From Escherichia coli (GTDB lineage: Bacteria; Pseudomonadota; Gammaproteobacteria; Enterobacterales; Enterobacteriaceae): DNA of 64,000 nt. The stretch is from assembly GCF_013122565.1 (NCBI RefSeq), contig NZ_CP053258.1. One strand, 5' to 3'. Below, one piece after another: positions 37,806 through 50,250 of this stretch (positions within the stretch are counted from its first letter, which is position 1; each line of letters begins with the position of its first letter). Made by a program: the position numbers and the translations under genes. The notes under the pieces are model-generated. The model was not told where the DNA came from, made no database searches, and worked only from the letters and a program-made list of their open reading frames with translations.

Positions 37806-38336
37806 TTATTTGCGGCGAGGCATCATTCGTAACAGAGTATTATCTTTCTGAATGTAGTGATGAAAGAGTGCTGCGCCAGCGTGAGCTGCGATTAAAAAGT
37901 AACCTATATTTGCCCAGGTTTCGTGAATATTTTTTATCAGTGCTTTAATTTCGCTGTTTGGGGTAACAAAGGGAGACACATTGAAACCAAGGAAACTCCA
38001 CGATTTTCCACTGTAAGCCATTAAAGCAATCCCCAGCAGAGGAAGCGCAAGGAAGGTTATATAAAGCATGATGTGCATTAGCGAAGCCGCTTTCATTTGC
38101 CAGGCAGGTGGCGGTGGCACAATAGAAGGATCACTATAACGGTGTTTTATAATCAGGCGTGAAAACATTAACACCCAAACGAATATACCCGCATTGTAAT
38201 GTGTTTCTCGCATCAGCAGATAAGTATTACTACCTTTAGGAAACCAGCCACGGAGTTCCATCGCGGCATAGGTTATTGCAACGAAAAGCAGCGTTATCCA
38301 ATGTAAATAAATTTGAGTTTTTGAGAATCGGTTCAT
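37806..38336 (-). CDS. yodB: Cytochrome b561 family protein
   Basis: Start trimmed to MNRFSKTQIYLHWITLLFVAITYAAMEL (176 aa); membrane di-haem b561 layout. Confidence 0.85.
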   Translation of the reverse strand: MNRFSKTQIYLHWITLLFVAITYAAMELRGWFPKGSNTYLLMRETHYNAGIFVWVLMFSRLIIKHRYSDPSIVPPPPAWQMKAASLMHIMLYITFLALPLLGIALMAYSGKSWSFLGFNVSPFVTPNSEIKALIKNIHETWANIGYFLIAAHAGAALFHHYIQKDNTLLRMMPRRK

Positions 38337-38678
38337 TTTTGTAGCTCCTGTAATTTTCACAGTCAAGCTATCCCACGAACCTTAAAAATTCCTTATACAG
38401 ATGTGGTTTTAAGAATTTGTTATTTAAAAAATTGATAGTGCACATTGTAACCAGCCAATATAAGCAATGGCGAGAGCACAGGTATCTAACTCTGTTGGCC
38501 GTATTGTGTATGGAATCCGTTATTGGTTAACTCAATGCGGGTTAGCTTATTAATATACAGACACGTCATAGTGATGAGCGTGTCTGTAGCTAGCTTGCGT
38601 TCAGTGGCGTTTATGGATGCACCAGTGGCAGTTATGATGACTTACTAAAGCGGCATCGAGACGTTATCATGAGAATAC

Positions 38679-39329
38679 TCAATGAGACATCATTTCCTCG
38701 ACCACTTCTTCGCTACTCAACTGATATGGATAATACGTTGGCCAGTTTTCCATTTCATTCAATAAAGATTGCTGTGAATCATTACCCATAAAAATGTGAA
38801 AATGAGATGATTTTCGTGGTGCAATTATATGATCGCTAAATTGTATATATTTAGGGGCTTTGCTTTTAGGATCTTTACATTCGAATAAGTAACGAACGCC
38901 TTTCTTGCCTGATTTATAGGTGAGTATTTTGTATCCATCGTAATCATATTTACAGGATGTTGTTTCATTATTTCTATGGAATTCAACAATGCCGTCCTCA
39001 ATGCCAATCATCTCGATATCTGTCGCATAACCTTTGTGATAATAATCTTTAATTTCAGCAAATATTTTAGTTTTATCTGCATCCGCTTTTTTCTGAAAGA
39101 CGGGGTCAAGTTTGCCACTTTGCAGTAAAGGATAAACGGATTGCCAGACTCCATCCCAGTCACTTAGCGTTCGGTTTTTTACATTGGCATCATCAAAAAC
39201 ACCATTAGCAGCTTTTTGTTCGATCTCTGTTAAAGGTTTACCGTGTGAGTGATGACCATGCGAAAAGGCAGGAGCGCTAACAATAAAGACACCTAAAGCA
39301 ATAGCCAGTTTATGAAGACGAATCGCCAA
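38679..39329 (-). CDS. zinT: Periplasmic zinc/cadmium-binding protein
   Basis: 216 aa with signal peptide followed by a His-rich HGHHSHG motif. Confidence 0.9.
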   Translation of the reverse strand: MAIRLHKLAIALGVFIVSAPAFSHGHHSHGKPLTEIEQKAANGVFDDANVKNRTLSDWDGVWQSVYPLLQSGKLDPVFQKKADADKTKIFAEIKDYYHKGYATDIEMIGIEDGIVEFHRNNETTSCKYDYDGYKILTYKSGKKGVRYLFECKDPKSKAPKYIQFSDHIIAPRKSSHFHIFMGNDSQQSLLNEMENWPTYYPYQLSSEEVVEEMMSH

Positions 39330-39504
39330 AACAGTTTCCTCCAGAGTTAATGTATATGATGTGTAATGTTATATTGTAACATATAACAAAATGCAACAAC
39401 TCTTAGGAGACAAGAGAATAGTTCTCTCAGGTGTGCTTATCTATCTTATTGAAATAAAATAAATTATGTTGGTAATTTGAGGTTGATGACAAACGAAACA
39501 TAAC

Positions 39505-39560
39505 CTGATGCGATCTGTGTATGCCGGATAGGGCGCTCGCGCCGCATCCGGCAGGGATAA
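39505..39560. repeat. REP (repetitive extragenic palindrome) element
   Basis: gccggatagggcgctcgcgccgcatccggc imperfect palindrome in the zinT-msrQ spacer. Confidence 0.6.
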
Positions 39561-39585
39561 CGCGTACTTTGTCGGCAATATGAAA

Positions 39586-40221
39586 TTATACAGATAATTT
39601 GTTGTGAACCTGCTTGCGTAACCGGTTAAAAAGGGAACGCAACTTCTTATACCGTAAGGCTAAAAGCAGTACAGCCAGCCCAGCGTAGATGAGCGGCTGC
39701 GGTGAAATAATCTTCACTGACCACAGATAATGTATTGGGGCCAGGATCGCGACAAGATAGACGAAATTATGCAACTGTTGCCAGTGCTTGCCGAGTTTTC
39801 GCTGCATCGCCTGGGTTGAAGTAAACGCTAAAGCAAGCAAAATAACCCAGCTGATAATTCCTAACGTTAAATAAGGCCGGGTAATTAACTCCTTGCCTAA
39901 TAACGCCAGATTATTCACGCCCAGCTCCAGCAATGCGTAACTGGTTAAATGCAGTGTCGCCCAGGCAAAGCACCATAAGCCTAACAGGCGGCGAGTGCGT
40001 ATCAATAACGGCTGTTTTGCGTAGCGTGCCAGAGGTGTGATTAACAAGGTCGCCAGCAAAAATTTCAGTGCAGTGCGACCGGTAAAATGCTGAATATCTT
40101 TCACCGGATCGGCACCCAGTCCACCGTGATTGATCGCCCAGACCAGCCAGAGAAACGGCAACAATCCGGCAAGATGCAGGCAAACTTTCAGCCATGTCAC
40201 CTGTTTTGCTGTCAGACGCAT
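39586..40221 (-). CDS. msrQ: Methionine sulfoxide reductase haem-binding membrane subunit
   Basis: 211 aa, [26 protein letters not shown]; directly downstream of msrP. Confidence 0.9.
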   Translation of the reverse strand: MRLTAKQVTWLKVCLHLAGLLPFLWLVWAINHGGLGADPVKDIQHFTGRTALKFLLATLLITPLARYAKQPLLIRTRRLLGLWCFAWATLHLTSYALLELGVNNLALLGKELITRPYLTLGIISWVILLALAFTSTQAMQRKLGKHWQQLHNFVYLVAILAPIHYLWSVKIISPQPLIYAGLAVLLLALRYKKLRSLFNRLRKQVHNKLSV

Positions 40222-41232
<1,011 letters not shown>

Positions 41233-41334
41233 TCACACTTTTTTGTCGTTAGCCAGCAAGAGCCGTTTACTGTTAATCTGTCAGGGAGTGTCCTCCCTAA
41301 CAGTAGCAGAGATCTGCTTTTACATATTTATGCA

Positions 41335-41748
41335 TTAACTGCCACGATAGGTTGAATACCCATATTGGCTAAGTAATAAAGGCACATGATAATGCTCGTT
41401 CACTTTATTAATATGAAATTCAACGGGGATCTCAGGGAAGAAACTTTCAAGATTTTGTTTCTTGAAATAGTCCCCGGTTTTAAATACGACACGGTAATCG
41501 CCAGTAGTCGCAGTTTGCTCGGGCCACAGTGCCTTAATTCGTCCATCCTTATCTGTTTTGGCGGTATTAAGTTGTAACCAGCCGTTATCCGCCTTCTTTT
41601 CAAGAGTGACTGTCACGTCAGCAGCGGGTTTTCCTGTTTGCTGGTTCAAAATGTGCACGCTAAGAATGTTTTGTTGTGCAGCATAGACCAAAGAAGGTAA
41701 TGAAAATGCAGCCGTTACTACGGAGAGTACTAAATAACGCTTTAACAT
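41335..41748 (-). CDS. hiuH: 5-hydroxyisourate hydrolase (transthyretin-like)
   Basis: 137 aa with signal peptide and C-terminal YRGS motif. Confidence 0.9.
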   Translation of the reverse strand: MLKRYLVLSVVTAAFSLPSLVYAAQQNILSVHILNQQTGKPAADVTVTLEKKADNGWLQLNTAKTDKDGRIKALWPEQTATTGDYRVVFKTGDYFKKQNLESFFPEIPVEFHINKVNEHYHVPLLLSQYGYSTYRGS

Positions 41749-41880
41749 GTTTATATCCTTGTCATGTGAATGAGTTTTGAGGATAGCGAAAAAGCGTCCA
41801 GGGTAACCTTACAGCAGCATTACAATTTTGTAATGAACCAGGCTGTTTCTATAACATATGATTTATGGCATATTATTTTC

Positions 41881-42552
41881 ATGAAGATTTTACTTATTGA
41901 AGATAATCAAAGGACCCAGGAATGGGTAACGCAGGGGCTTTCCGAAGCGGGTTATGTCATTGATGCCGTTTCTGATGGCAGAGATGGGCTTTATCTTGCG
42001 CTGAAGGATGATTATGCATTGATCATTCTGGATATTATGCTTCCGGGTATGGATGGCTGGCAGATCTTACAAACGTTAAGAACAGCAAAGCAAACCCCTG
42101 TTATTTGCCTTACTGCAAGGGATTCTGTCGATGACAGAGTCAGAGGGCTGGACAGTGGAGCAAATGATTATCTGGTAAAACCTTTTTCATTTTCTGAGTT
42201 GCTGGCAAGGGTTCGGGCACAATTAAGGCAACATCACGCTCTGAATTCAACATTAGAAATCAGTGGCTTAAGAATGGACTCTGTTAGTCAAAGTGTGAGC
42301 AGGGACAATATCAGTATTACACTGACGCGCAAGGAGTTTCAGTTACTTTGGCTACTGGCCTCCAGAGCTGGCGAAATTATCCCCAGAACGGTTATTGCGA
42401 GTGAAATTTGGGGAATCAACTTTGATAGTGATACCAATACGGTGGACGTCGCCATTCGCAGGCTCCGCGCAAAAGTTGATGATCCTTTTCCTGAAAAGCT
42501 AATTGCCACAATCCGTGGGATGGGATATTCATTCGTAGCGGTAAAAAAATAA
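41881..42552 (+). CDS. hprR: Two-component response regulator (OmpR family)
   Basis: Start trimmed to MKILLIEDNQRT (223 aa); receiver plus winged-helix domains; the track ORF extends upstream to 41770. Confidence 0.85.
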   Translation: MKILLIEDNQRTQEWVTQGLSEAGYVIDAVSDGRDGLYLALKDDYALIILDIMLPGMDGWQILQTLRTAKQTPVICLTARDSVDDRVRGLDSGANDYLVKPFSFSELLARVRAQLRQHHALNSTLEISGLRMDSVSQSVSRDNISITLTRKEFQLLWLLASRAGEIIPRTVIASEIWGINFDSDTNTVDVAIRRLRAKVDDPFPEKLIATIRGMGYSFVAVKK

Positions 42553-43910
42553 TGAAAAGATTGTCTATTACCGTCCGTTTAACCTTGCTTTTTATATTGC
42601 TGCTGTCTGTTGCTGGCGCTGGAATTGTCTGGACTCTCTATAATGGCCTCGCAAGTGAGTTGAAATGGCGCGATGATACAACACTCATTAACCGGACTGC
42701 GCAGATCAAGCAGTTGTTAATTGATGGGGTAAATCCAGATACGTTACCTGTATACTTTAACCGGATGATGGATGTTAGTCAGGATATCTTGATCATTCAT
42801 GGTGATGGCATCAATAAAATTGTTAACCGGACAAATGTCAGTGATGACATGTTAAATAACATACCTGCGACTGAAACAATCAGCGCAGCTGGCATTTACA
42901 GAAGCATTATTAATGACACAGAGATAGATGCTTTACGAATTAATATTGATGAAGTTTCGCCATCATTAACGGTTACTGTGGCTAAATTGGCTTCAGCCAG
43001 ACATAACATGCTTGAACAGTATAAAATCAATAGCATTATAATTTGCATTGTCGCCATTATACTGTGCTCAGTATTAAGTCCGCTGTTAATCAGAACGGGG
43101 TTACGAGAGATCAAAAAGTTGAGTGGTGTAACGGAAGCGCTGAATTATAACGATAGCCGGGAGCCTGTTGAGGTTAGCGCATTACCGAGAGAACTAAAAC
43201 CTCTTGGGCAGGCGTTGAATAAAATGCATCATGCTTTAGTCAAAGATTTCGAGCGTCTAAGTCAGTTTGCTGACGATCTCGCTCATGAACTTAGAACGCC
43301 AATTAATGCATTACTGGGTCAGAATCAGGTTACGCTCAGTCAAACCAGAAGTATCGCTGAATATCAAAAAACAATTGCCGGAAACATTGAAGAGCTGGAA
43401 AATATTTCGCGGTTAACAGAGAACATACTGTTTCTTGCCAGGGCAGATAAAAACAATGTTTTGGTGAAACTGGACTCGCTTTCTCTCAATAAGGAAGTCA
43501 AAAATTTGTTGGACTATCTTGAATACCTTTCAGACGAGAAAGAGATTTGCTTTAAGGTCGAGTGCAATCAGCAAATCTTTGCGGATAAAATTTTACTGCA
43601 ACGAATGTTATCGAATCTTATTGTTAACGCTATTCGATATTCGCCAGAAAAATCGCGCATTCAGATAACCAGTTTTCTTGATACCAACGGATCTCTTAAT
43701 ATTGATATCGCCAGCCCCGGAACGAAAATTCATGAGCCTGAAAAACTCTTCCGTAGATTTTGGCGGGGAGATAATTCGCGTCATTCCGTAGGTCAGGGAC
43801 TTGGCCTTTCTTTAGTCAAAGCGATTGCCGAATTACATGGGGGAAGTGCTACGTATCACTATCTCAATAAGCATAATGTGTTCCGGATTACGTTGCCGCA
43901 AAGAAATTAA
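42552..43910 (+). CDS. hprS: Two-component sensor histidine kinase
   Basis: 452 aa; two TM segments, H-box LAHELRTPINA and an ATPase domain; start overlaps the hprR stop. Confidence 0.85.
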   Translation: MKRLSITVRLTLLFILLLSVAGAGIVWTLYNGLASELKWRDDTTLINRTAQIKQLLIDGVNPDTLPVYFNRMMDVSQDILIIHGDGINKIVNRTNVSDDMLNNIPATETISAAGIYRSIINDTEIDALRINIDEVSPSLTVTVAKLASARHNMLEQYKINSIIICIVAIILCSVLSPLLIRTGLREIKKLSGVTEALNYNDSREPVEVSALPRELKPLGQALNKMHHALVKDFERLSQFADDLAHELRTPINALLGQNQVTLSQTRSIAEYQKTIAGNIEELENISRLTENILFLARADKNNVLVKLDSLSLNKEVKNLLDYLEYLSDEKEICFKVECNQQIFADKILLQRMLSNLIVNAIRYSPEKSRIQITSFLDTNGSLNIDIASPGTKIHEPEKLFRRFWRGDNSRHSVGQGLGLSLVKAIAELHGGSATYHYLNKHNVFRITLPQRN

Positions 43911-44016
43911 CATAGGCTTCAGTACGCCATAAATTAACCGTGAAAAAACGCAGCCACGTCGTGAGTACTAACGCAGCTGCGATTGATTATGCGCTTACAT
44001 TCAAACGTAACAGGGA

Positions 44017-44868
44017 TTAACCCGCGTAAGCTGCCAGCATTTCCTGCGCCGCCAGTTTACCCAACGCATTCGCTGCGAAAGGACTGTCGCCGGTGAGAAC
44101 TTTACGGTCCTTATGTACTCGCCCGGTGATGTCGTCATTAATAATGTTCATGCCCATTTTCTTCAGCTCTTCGCCGAAGTACCAGGTGAGATGACCCGGC
44201 ATATAGCCTATCTCTGGCGTTTGTTTGTCTGCGGCGTCTGGGAATGCGCAAATGGAATAACCATTCAGTGGGTTATCGCCGTGGCGAAGCGCCAGAAAAG
44301 CCGCCGGGCCGTGGCAAAGGGAGATAACAAAACGGTCATTTTTGATTGCCCACTGTAAAGCGGCAGCTACGTCCTGGCTTTCAGGTAAACCAATAAGTGC
44401 GCCATGACCACCAGGAACAAAGATTGCTGCATATTCGCTGTCTGCGTTGAGGCTGGCGACAACATCCGCGAGTTTCTTCGGATTGCGGAACAACGATTTA
44501 TGCTGCTCAAAGAATGGCATTACTTTTTCATCTTTGTGCGGCATAGCCCAGTATTCAAACTTGGTCATCAGACCGGAAATGGTCGCCACTTCGAATTCGA
44601 AACCTGCAGCATGGAGATGATACAACGGCAGCAACGTTTCAATCGGATGGTTACCGGTCGAGAACAGTTTTCCGTTATCGGTCGGCAAATAACGTTCGTC
44701 CGCGGCGATCACCAGAATTTTATGTTTACCGCGATACGGTTTTGGATAGTCCACGCCATCAAGATCAGAGACAGGACTGGTATATTGGCTAAGCGAATAT
44801 TCTGAAGGGAAGAATGCATTATCTTCAGCAATATCGACCTGCGGGTTTTTACTTGTTTGAACAGTCAT
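44017..44868 (-). CDS. hchA: Hsp31 chaperone / glyoxalase III (DJ-1/PfpI family)
   Basis: 283 aa, MTVQTSKNPQVDIAEDNAFFPSEYSLSQYTSPVSDLDG. Confidence 0.95.
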   Translation of the reverse strand: MTVQTSKNPQVDIAEDNAFFPSEYSLSQYTSPVSDLDGVDYPKPYRGKHKILVIAADERYLPTDNGKLFSTGNHPIETLLPLYHLHAAGFEFEVATISGLMTKFEYWAMPHKDEKVMPFFEQHKSLFRNPKKLADVVASLNADSEYAAIFVPGGHGALIGLPESQDVAAALQWAIKNDRFVISLCHGPAAFLALRHGDNPLNGYSICAFPDAADKQTPEIGYMPGHLTWYFGEELKKMGMNIINDDITGRVHKDRKVLTGDSPFAANALGKLAAQEMLAAYAG

Positions 44869-45378
44869 AGTGTATTCCTTATTGTTGCTTAGTTAGGGTA
44901 GTCACTATATTTGCGACTGAGCTGGTCGCTATTTTTAACCAGGCTGGAAAATTGAGTCAATATATCGAAAGCGGTAGTCGGCGGGTGTAAGTATGTAATG
45001 ATGATGCTGCACTGGTGTTGAATATTATTCACGCCAAATTTTCCTTATTGAGCTACGTCGTCGCAAGTGGCCTCAATGATTTTAGACCATTATCAGAGGT
45101 ACGGGGCGGCGGGGAGAGATTTAGTGCTGTGGAATATTGTGGTGCTGATGAATATTTATATCCTGGATTGGCAGAGAAAAAGCTTATTTCATGCACTATT
45201 TTTGCAAATATTTCTATATGGGAGGCGGTTTTGTTGCAGATTAATTCATAAAGAAATGCATTTGGGTCTTGGCTTTAAGAGTAGCTGGTTGATGTTATTA
45301 TGCCAGGAGGGGCAGGGTAATGTGCCGTAACGATATGCTTTGGCAATTGCGTGCGCCGCAGATGGAAATGAAATGCCA

Positions 45379-45417
45379 ATAAAAAAGCCTGAGTTCGATG
45401 AGGGACGAACTCAGGCT
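45379..45417 (-). terminator. Rho-independent terminator of yedS
   Basis: 12-bp stem agcctgagttcg / cgaactcaggct, followed on the minus strand by a T-run. Confidence 0.65.
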
Positions 45418-45459
45418 AGTGTTAAGTTTTACAGTAACACGCCGCAGCGAGTTGGCTGA

Positions 45460-46647
45460 TTAGAACTGGTAGACTAAGCCCACAGCAACGATATCATCGG
45501 TAGCGATGCCGTTTTCTTTGTAGAAGTCGTCGTCGTTGTCCAGCAGGTTGATTTTGTAATCAACATAGGTGGACATGTTTTTGTTGAAGTAGTAGGTCAT
45601 ACCAATATCAACATATTTAACCAGATCTTTGTTGGTGTAGTGATGATTACCCTGGCTGTCGAAGTTATCACTATTTACACCGCCTAAATCCTTACCTTTA
45701 GATTGCAGGTAAGCGATGGACGGGCGCAGGCCGAAGTCGAACTGATACTGAGCAACAACTTCAAAGTTTTGGGTTTTGTTAGCAATGGCATCAGCATCAC
45801 CGTAACCAGTCATGTTACGGGTTTCAGCATACATAGCTGCTAAGTAAACGTTATTAGCGTCGTATTTAGCACCAACGGTCCATGCTTCTGCTGTTTCACC
45901 GCCAGCAGTTGCATCGAAGCGATCTCCATAACGGGTGTTATGAGTATCTTTGTGAACCTGGTTATCGGTACGGTCAGAGTTAGAATAAGCAGCCCCCAGA
46001 CTTAAACCGAAGTCGAAGTCATAGGAAGTGGACATACCGAAGCCGTCACCGTTCTCTTTAGCTAACTTACGTCCATTACCGTTACCAGATCCTTCCTGAC
46101 CGAACGCTCCACTACCTTCATTATTACCCTGATATTGCAGAGCAAAGTTCAGGCCATCAACCTGACCGAAGAAGCCATTGTTACGGTAGGTTGCAACACC
46201 ATTGGTACGACCGTTCATGAAGTTGTCAGCACCAGCATAGGTATCGCCACCAAATTCTGGCAGCATATCGGTCCATGCTTCTACGTCATATACGACACCG
46301 TAGTTACGACCATAGTCGAAAGTACCATTCTGGCCAAAGCCTAAACCTGCAAATGCCAGACGCGTTGCGGTATTACCTTTGTCACTTTCAGGACCGTTTG
46401 CGCCAATGTTAAATTCCCACTGACCGTAACCAGTGAATTGGTCAGCGATCTGAGTTTCACCTTTGAAACCGATACGGGCATATGACATGTCGCCATCGCT
46501 GCCAGAATCATCAGAGAAGTAGTGCAGGCCCGCTACTTTTCCGTACAAATCCAGTTTATTACCATCTTTATTATAGACTTCAGCCGCATTTGCTGCGCCA
46601 GCAACTAATAACGCCGGGACCAGCATTGCCAGAACTTTTCTTTTCAT
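45460..46647 (-). CDS. yedS: Outer-membrane general porin (OmpC/OmpF/PhoE family), intact
   Basis: Start trimmed to [21 protein letters not shown] (395 aa); C-terminal VYQF; porin-like Gly/Tyr/Asp-rich composition. Confidence 0.8.
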   Translation of the reverse strand: MKRKVLAMLVPALLVAGAANAAEVYNKDGNKLDLYGKVAGLHYFSDDSGSDGDMSYARIGFKGETQIADQFTGYGQWEFNIGANGPESDKGNTATRLAFAGLGFGQNGTFDYGRNYGVVYDVEAWTDMLPEFGGDTYAGADNFMNGRTNGVATYRNNGFFGQVDGLNFALQYQGNNEGSGAFGQEGSGNGNGRKLAKENGDGFGMSTSYDFDFGLSLGAAYSNSDRTDNQVHKDTHNTRYGDRFDATAGGETAEAWTVGAKYDANNVYLAAMYAETRNMTGYGDADAIANKTQNFEVVAQYQFDFGLRPSIAYLQSKGKDLGGVNSDNFDSQGNHHYTNKDLVKYVDIGMTYYFNKNMSTYVDYKINLLDNDDDFYKENGIATDDIVAVGLVYQF

Positions 46648-46958
46648 TATGTATTCCCTTGTGATTATAATCTTCATGAATATATCAATAAGTGCCGTTA
46701 TCCAAAAAAAAGCACATTTGGATACTATTCTATGAAGTTCATTTTATTTTAAGAATTACATGTAACAAATGTATTTAAAAGATTTCAAAATGTTTCCAAT
46801 CTATTTAATATAATTCAGAATTATGAATTCTAAATATAAGCATTCATGAAAATTATAGCTGTATATCAATAATTTATGAGTTAACCGGAAAAATAGGTAT
46901 TGTCAATGATTGTTGCGCCAAACGGCAGGTGTGATCACGCGCACATTAATGAAGACAT

Positions 46959-47045
46959 AAAAAAAAGCCGGCATCATGCCGGCCCAAAAAATATAAACAA
47001 GACGATAAAAGGCTAATAACAGGGTTATCATGACATAGAAATCAA
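46959..47045 (-). ncRNA. Candidate small RNA ending at a strong intrinsic terminator (possibly RseX)
   Basis: Minus-strand terminator GCCGGCATGATGCCGGC followed by U8 at 46983 to 46959, with no CDS upstream; 5' end not determined; the RseX identification rests only on remembered map position. Confidence 0.3.
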
Positions 47046-47213
47046 AAAAGGTATAATTGTATTCAGTGCTAATATATTGTTTAGGTGAATTAATAAAACC
47101 ATTACCAAAGATATAAATAAATCTTTATTGCTGATTTTCCGGTAATTATTGCAGTTGCGCAAAATTTATCTATTTGTTCAAAAAATGATTGAGTCTTGAC
47201 TGGCTCATCCAAT

Positions 47214-47579
47214 GTGGAAAAATGTGACTTTTATCACATAATAGTACTAAGTCTGAATTTTCCGGGTTATCTCAAAATGGAATACGGTTCGACAAAGATG
47301 GAAGAGAGACTCTCTCGCAGCCCTGGCGGCAAATTGGCTTTGTGGGCTTTCTATACATGGTGTGGCTATTTCGTCTGGGCAATGGCGCGTTACATCTGGG
47401 TGATGAGCCGGATCCCCGATGCCCCGGTGTCGGGATTTGAAAGCGATTTAGGATCTACCGCGGGAAAGTGGTTAGGGGCACTGGTCGGATTTTTATTTAT
47501 GGCTCTGGTCGGGGCATTGTTAGGCAGCATTGCCTGGTACACCCGACCTCGTCCCGCACGTAGCAGACGCTATGAATAA
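47214..47579 (+). CDS. yedR: Small inner-membrane protein
   Basis: Contains ...MEYGSTKMEERLSRSPGGKLALWAFYTWCGYF...; start uncertain (GTG 47214, or ATG 47277 / 47298). Confidence 0.7.
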   Translation: MEKCDFYHIIVLSLNFPGYLKMEYGSTKMEERLSRSPGGKLALWAFYTWCGYFVWAMARYIWVMSRIPDAPVSGFESDLGSTAGKWLGALVGFLFMALVGALLGSIAWYTRPRPARSRRYE

Positions 47580-47618
47580 AAACTGCTAAGGTTGCGACTC
47601 TTTGGCAACGGAGCGCGT

Positions 47619-48314
47619 ATGGACTTACAACACTGGCAGGCAGAGTTCGAAAACTGGTTGAAAAACCATCATCAGCACCAGGACGCGGCCCATGACGTGT
47701 GTCATTTTCGCCGCGTCTGGGCTACGGCACAGAAGCTGGCGGCAGATGATGATGTCGATATGCTGGTGATTTTAACCGCCTGTTATTTTCACGATATTGT
47801 GAGCCTGGCGAAAAATCATCCGCAGCGGCAGCGTTCTTCAATCCTGGCGGCAGAAGAGACGCGTCGCCTGCTCCGTGAAGAGTTCGTGCAATTTCCGGCG
47901 GAGAAAATTGAGGCCGTTTGTCATGCCATTGCCGCTCACAGTTTCAGCGCGCAAATCGCCCCCTTAACCACGGAAGCTAAAATTGTCCAGGATGCGGATC
48001 GGCTGGAAGCCCTGGGGGCGATTGGCCTGGTGCGCGTGTTTGCCGTTTCAGGGGCATTGGGCGTGGCGCTGTTTGATGGCGAAGATCCGTTCGCACAGTA
48101 TCGCCCGCTTGATGATAAACGCTACGCGCTGGATCATTTCCAGACTAAGTTGCTGAAGCTACCGCAAACCATGCAAACCGTAAGAGGCAAGCAGCTGGCG
48201 CAGCACAACGCGCAATTTTTAGTCGAGTTTATGGCGAAGCTCAGTGCCGAACTGGCGGGGGAGAATGAAGGTGTCGATCACAAGGTGATAGATGCGTTTT
48301 CACCCGCGGGCTGA
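47619..48314 (+). CDS. yedJ: HD-domain phosphohydrolase
   Basis: Start trimmed to [13 protein letters not shown] (231 aa); HD motif CYFHDIV. Confidence 0.85.
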   Translation: MDLQHWQAEFENWLKNHHQHQDAAHDVCHFRRVWATAQKLAADDDVDMLVILTACYFHDIVSLAKNHPQRQRSSILAAEETRRLLREEFVQFPAEKIEAVCHAIAAHSFSAQIAPLTTEAKIVQDADRLEALGAIGLVRVFAVSGALGVALFDGEDPFAQYRPLDDKRYALDHFQTKLLKLPQTMQTVRGKQLAQHNAQFLVEFMAKLSAELAGENEGVDHKVIDAFSPAG

Positions 48315-48380
48315 GCGCGTGGCCCTAAATGGCTGTAATTATGTTAACCTGTCGACCATCTCAGATGGCCGGTTAAATCT

Positions 48381-49799
48381 ATGCAGGAAAATATATCAGT
48401 AACCGATTCATACAGCACCGGGAATGCCGCACAGGCAATGCTGGAGAAACTGCTGCAAATTTATGATGTTAAAACGCTGGTGGCGCAGCTTAATGGTGTG
48501 GGTGAGAATCACTGGAGCGCGGCAATTTTAAAACGTGCACTGGCGAATGACTCGGCATGGCACCGTTTAAGTGAGAAAGAGTTCGCCCATCTGCAAACGT
48601 TATTACCCAAACCACCGGCACATCATCCGCATTATGCGTTTCGCTTTATCGATCTATTCGCCGGAATTGGCGGCATCCGTCGCGGTTTTGAATCGATTGG
48701 CGGACAGTGCGTGTTTACCAGCGAATGGAACAAACATGCGGTACGCACTTATAAAGCCAACCATTATTGCGACCCGGCGACGCATCATTTTAATGAAGAT
48801 ATCCGCGACATCACCCTCAGCCATAAAGAAGGCGTGAGTGATGAGGCGGCGGTGGAACATATTCGTCAACACATTCCTGAACACGATGTTTTACTGGCCG
48901 GTTTCCCTTGTCAGCCATTTTCGCTGGCTGGCGTATCGAAAAAGAACTCGCTCGGGCGGGCGCACGGTTTTGCCTGCGATACTCAGGGCACGTTGTTCTT
49001 TGATGTGGTGCGCATTATCGACGCGCGTCGTCCGGCGATGTTTGTGCTCGAAAACGTCAAAAACCTGAAAAGCCACGACCAGGGTAAAACGTTCCGCATC
49101 ATCATGCAGACGCTGGACGAACTGGGCTATGACGTGGCTGATGCAGAAGATAACGGGCCGGACGATCCGAAAATCATCGACGGCAAACATTTCCTGCCGC
49201 AGCACCGTGAACGCATCGTGCTGGTGGGTTTTCGTCGCGATCTGAATCTGAAAGCCGATTTTACTCTGCGTGATATCAACGGATGTTTCCCTGCGCAGCG
49301 AGTGACGCTGGCGCAGCTGTTGGACCCGATGGTCGAGGCGAAATATATCCTGACGCCGGTACTGTGGAAGTACCTCTATCGATATGCGAAAAAACATCAG
49401 GCGCGCGGTAACGGCTTCGGTTATGGAATGGTTTATCCGAACAATCCGCAAAGCGTCACCCGTACGCTGTCTGCGCGTTATTACAAAGATGGCGCGGAAA
49501 TTTTAATCGATCGCGGATGGGATATGGCCACGGGTGAAAAAGACTTTGACGATCCGCTGAATCAGCAACATCGTCCACGTCGGTTAACGCCTCGAGAATG
49601 CGCGCGCTTAATGGGTTTTGAAGCGCCGGGAGAAGCGAAATTCCGCATTCCGGTTTCGGACACTCAGGCCTATCGCCAGTTCGGTAACTCGGTGGTCGTG
49701 CCGGTCTTTGCCGCGGTGGCAAAACTGCTTGAGCCAAAAATCAAACAGGCGGTGGCGTTGCGTCAGCAAGAGGCACAACATGGTCGACGTTCACGATAA
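48381..49799 (+). CDS. dcm: DNA-cytosine C5 methyltransferase (CCWGG)
   Basis: 472 aa; C5-MTase motifs FAGIGG (motif I) and GFPCQPFS (motif IV). Confidence 0.95.
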   Translation: MQENISVTDSYSTGNAAQAMLEKLLQIYDVKTLVAQLNGVGENHWSAAILKRALANDSAWHRLSEKEFAHLQTLLPKPPAHHPHYAFRFIDLFAGIGGIRRGFESIGGQCVFTSEWNKHAVRTYKANHYCDPATHHFNEDIRDITLSHKEGVSDEAAVEHIRQHIPEHDVLLAGFPCQPFSLAGVSKKNSLGRAHGFACDTQGTLFFDVVRIIDARRPAMFVLENVKNLKSHDQGKTFRIIMQTLDELGYDVADAEDNGPDDPKIIDGKHFLPQHRERIVLVGFRRDLNLKADFTLRDINGCFPAQRVTLAQLLDPMVEAKYILTPVLWKYLYRYAKKHQARGNGFGYGMVYPNNPQSVTRTLSARYYKDGAEILIDRGWDMATGEKDFDDPLNQQHRPRRLTPRECARLMGFEAPGEAKFRIPVSDTQAYRQFGNSVVVPVFAAVAKLLEPKIKQAVALRQQEAQHGRRSR

Positions 49800-50250
49800 G
49801 GCCACCCGCAGCAAAAATATGCGCGCGATTGCCACGCGTGATACGGCGATTGAGAAGCGCCTCGCCAGTATGTTAACCGGGCAGGGCCTGGCGTTTCGCG
49901 TTCAGGACGCCAGTCTGCCCGGACGCCCGGATTTTGTCGTTGATGAATATCGCTGCGTGATATTTACCCACGGCTGCTTCTGGCACCATCATCACTGCTA
50001 TCTGTTTAAAGTGCCTGCGACTCGAACCGAGTTCTGGCTGGAGAAGATAGGTAAAAATGTTGAGCGAGATCGCCGCGATATCAGTCGCTTGCAGGAACTC
50101 GGCTGGCGCGTATTGATTGTCTGGGAGTGTGCATTACGTGGGCGCGAGAAGCTGACGGATGAAGCGCTTAGCGAGCGTCTGGAAGAGTGGATCTGCGGCG
50201 AAGGTGCCAGCGCGCAGATCGACACGCAGGGGATTCATTTACTCGCTTGA
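49780..50250 (+). CDS. vsr: Very-short-patch repair endonuclease
   Basis: 156 aa from the ATG at 49780 ([17 protein letters not shown]); overlaps the dcm 3' end by 20 nt in another frame. Confidence 0.9.
   Translation: MVDVHDKATRSKNMRAIATRDTAIEKRLASMLTGQGLAFRVQDASLPGRPDFVVDEYRCVIFTHGCFWHHHHCYLFKVPATRTEFWLEKIGKNVERDRRDISRLQELGWRVLIVWECALRGREKLTDEALSERLEEWICGEGASAQIDTQGIHLLA

Noticed and set aside
37667-37948. 93-aa plus-strand ORF
   Set aside because: Its 3' part overlaps the yodB 3' end on the opposite strand, and the remainder lies in AT-rich spacer without a convincing start context
45015-45330. Two overlapping ORFs (78 and 87 aa) in the hchA-yedS spacer
   Set aside because: No RBS or recognisable fold; region contains the hchA promoter side and the yedS terminator. 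Low-confidence, could be revisited with expression data.
48891-49451. 186-aa minus-strand ORF
   Set aside because: Antisense to dcm, whose C5-methyltransferase motifs are intact on the plus strand
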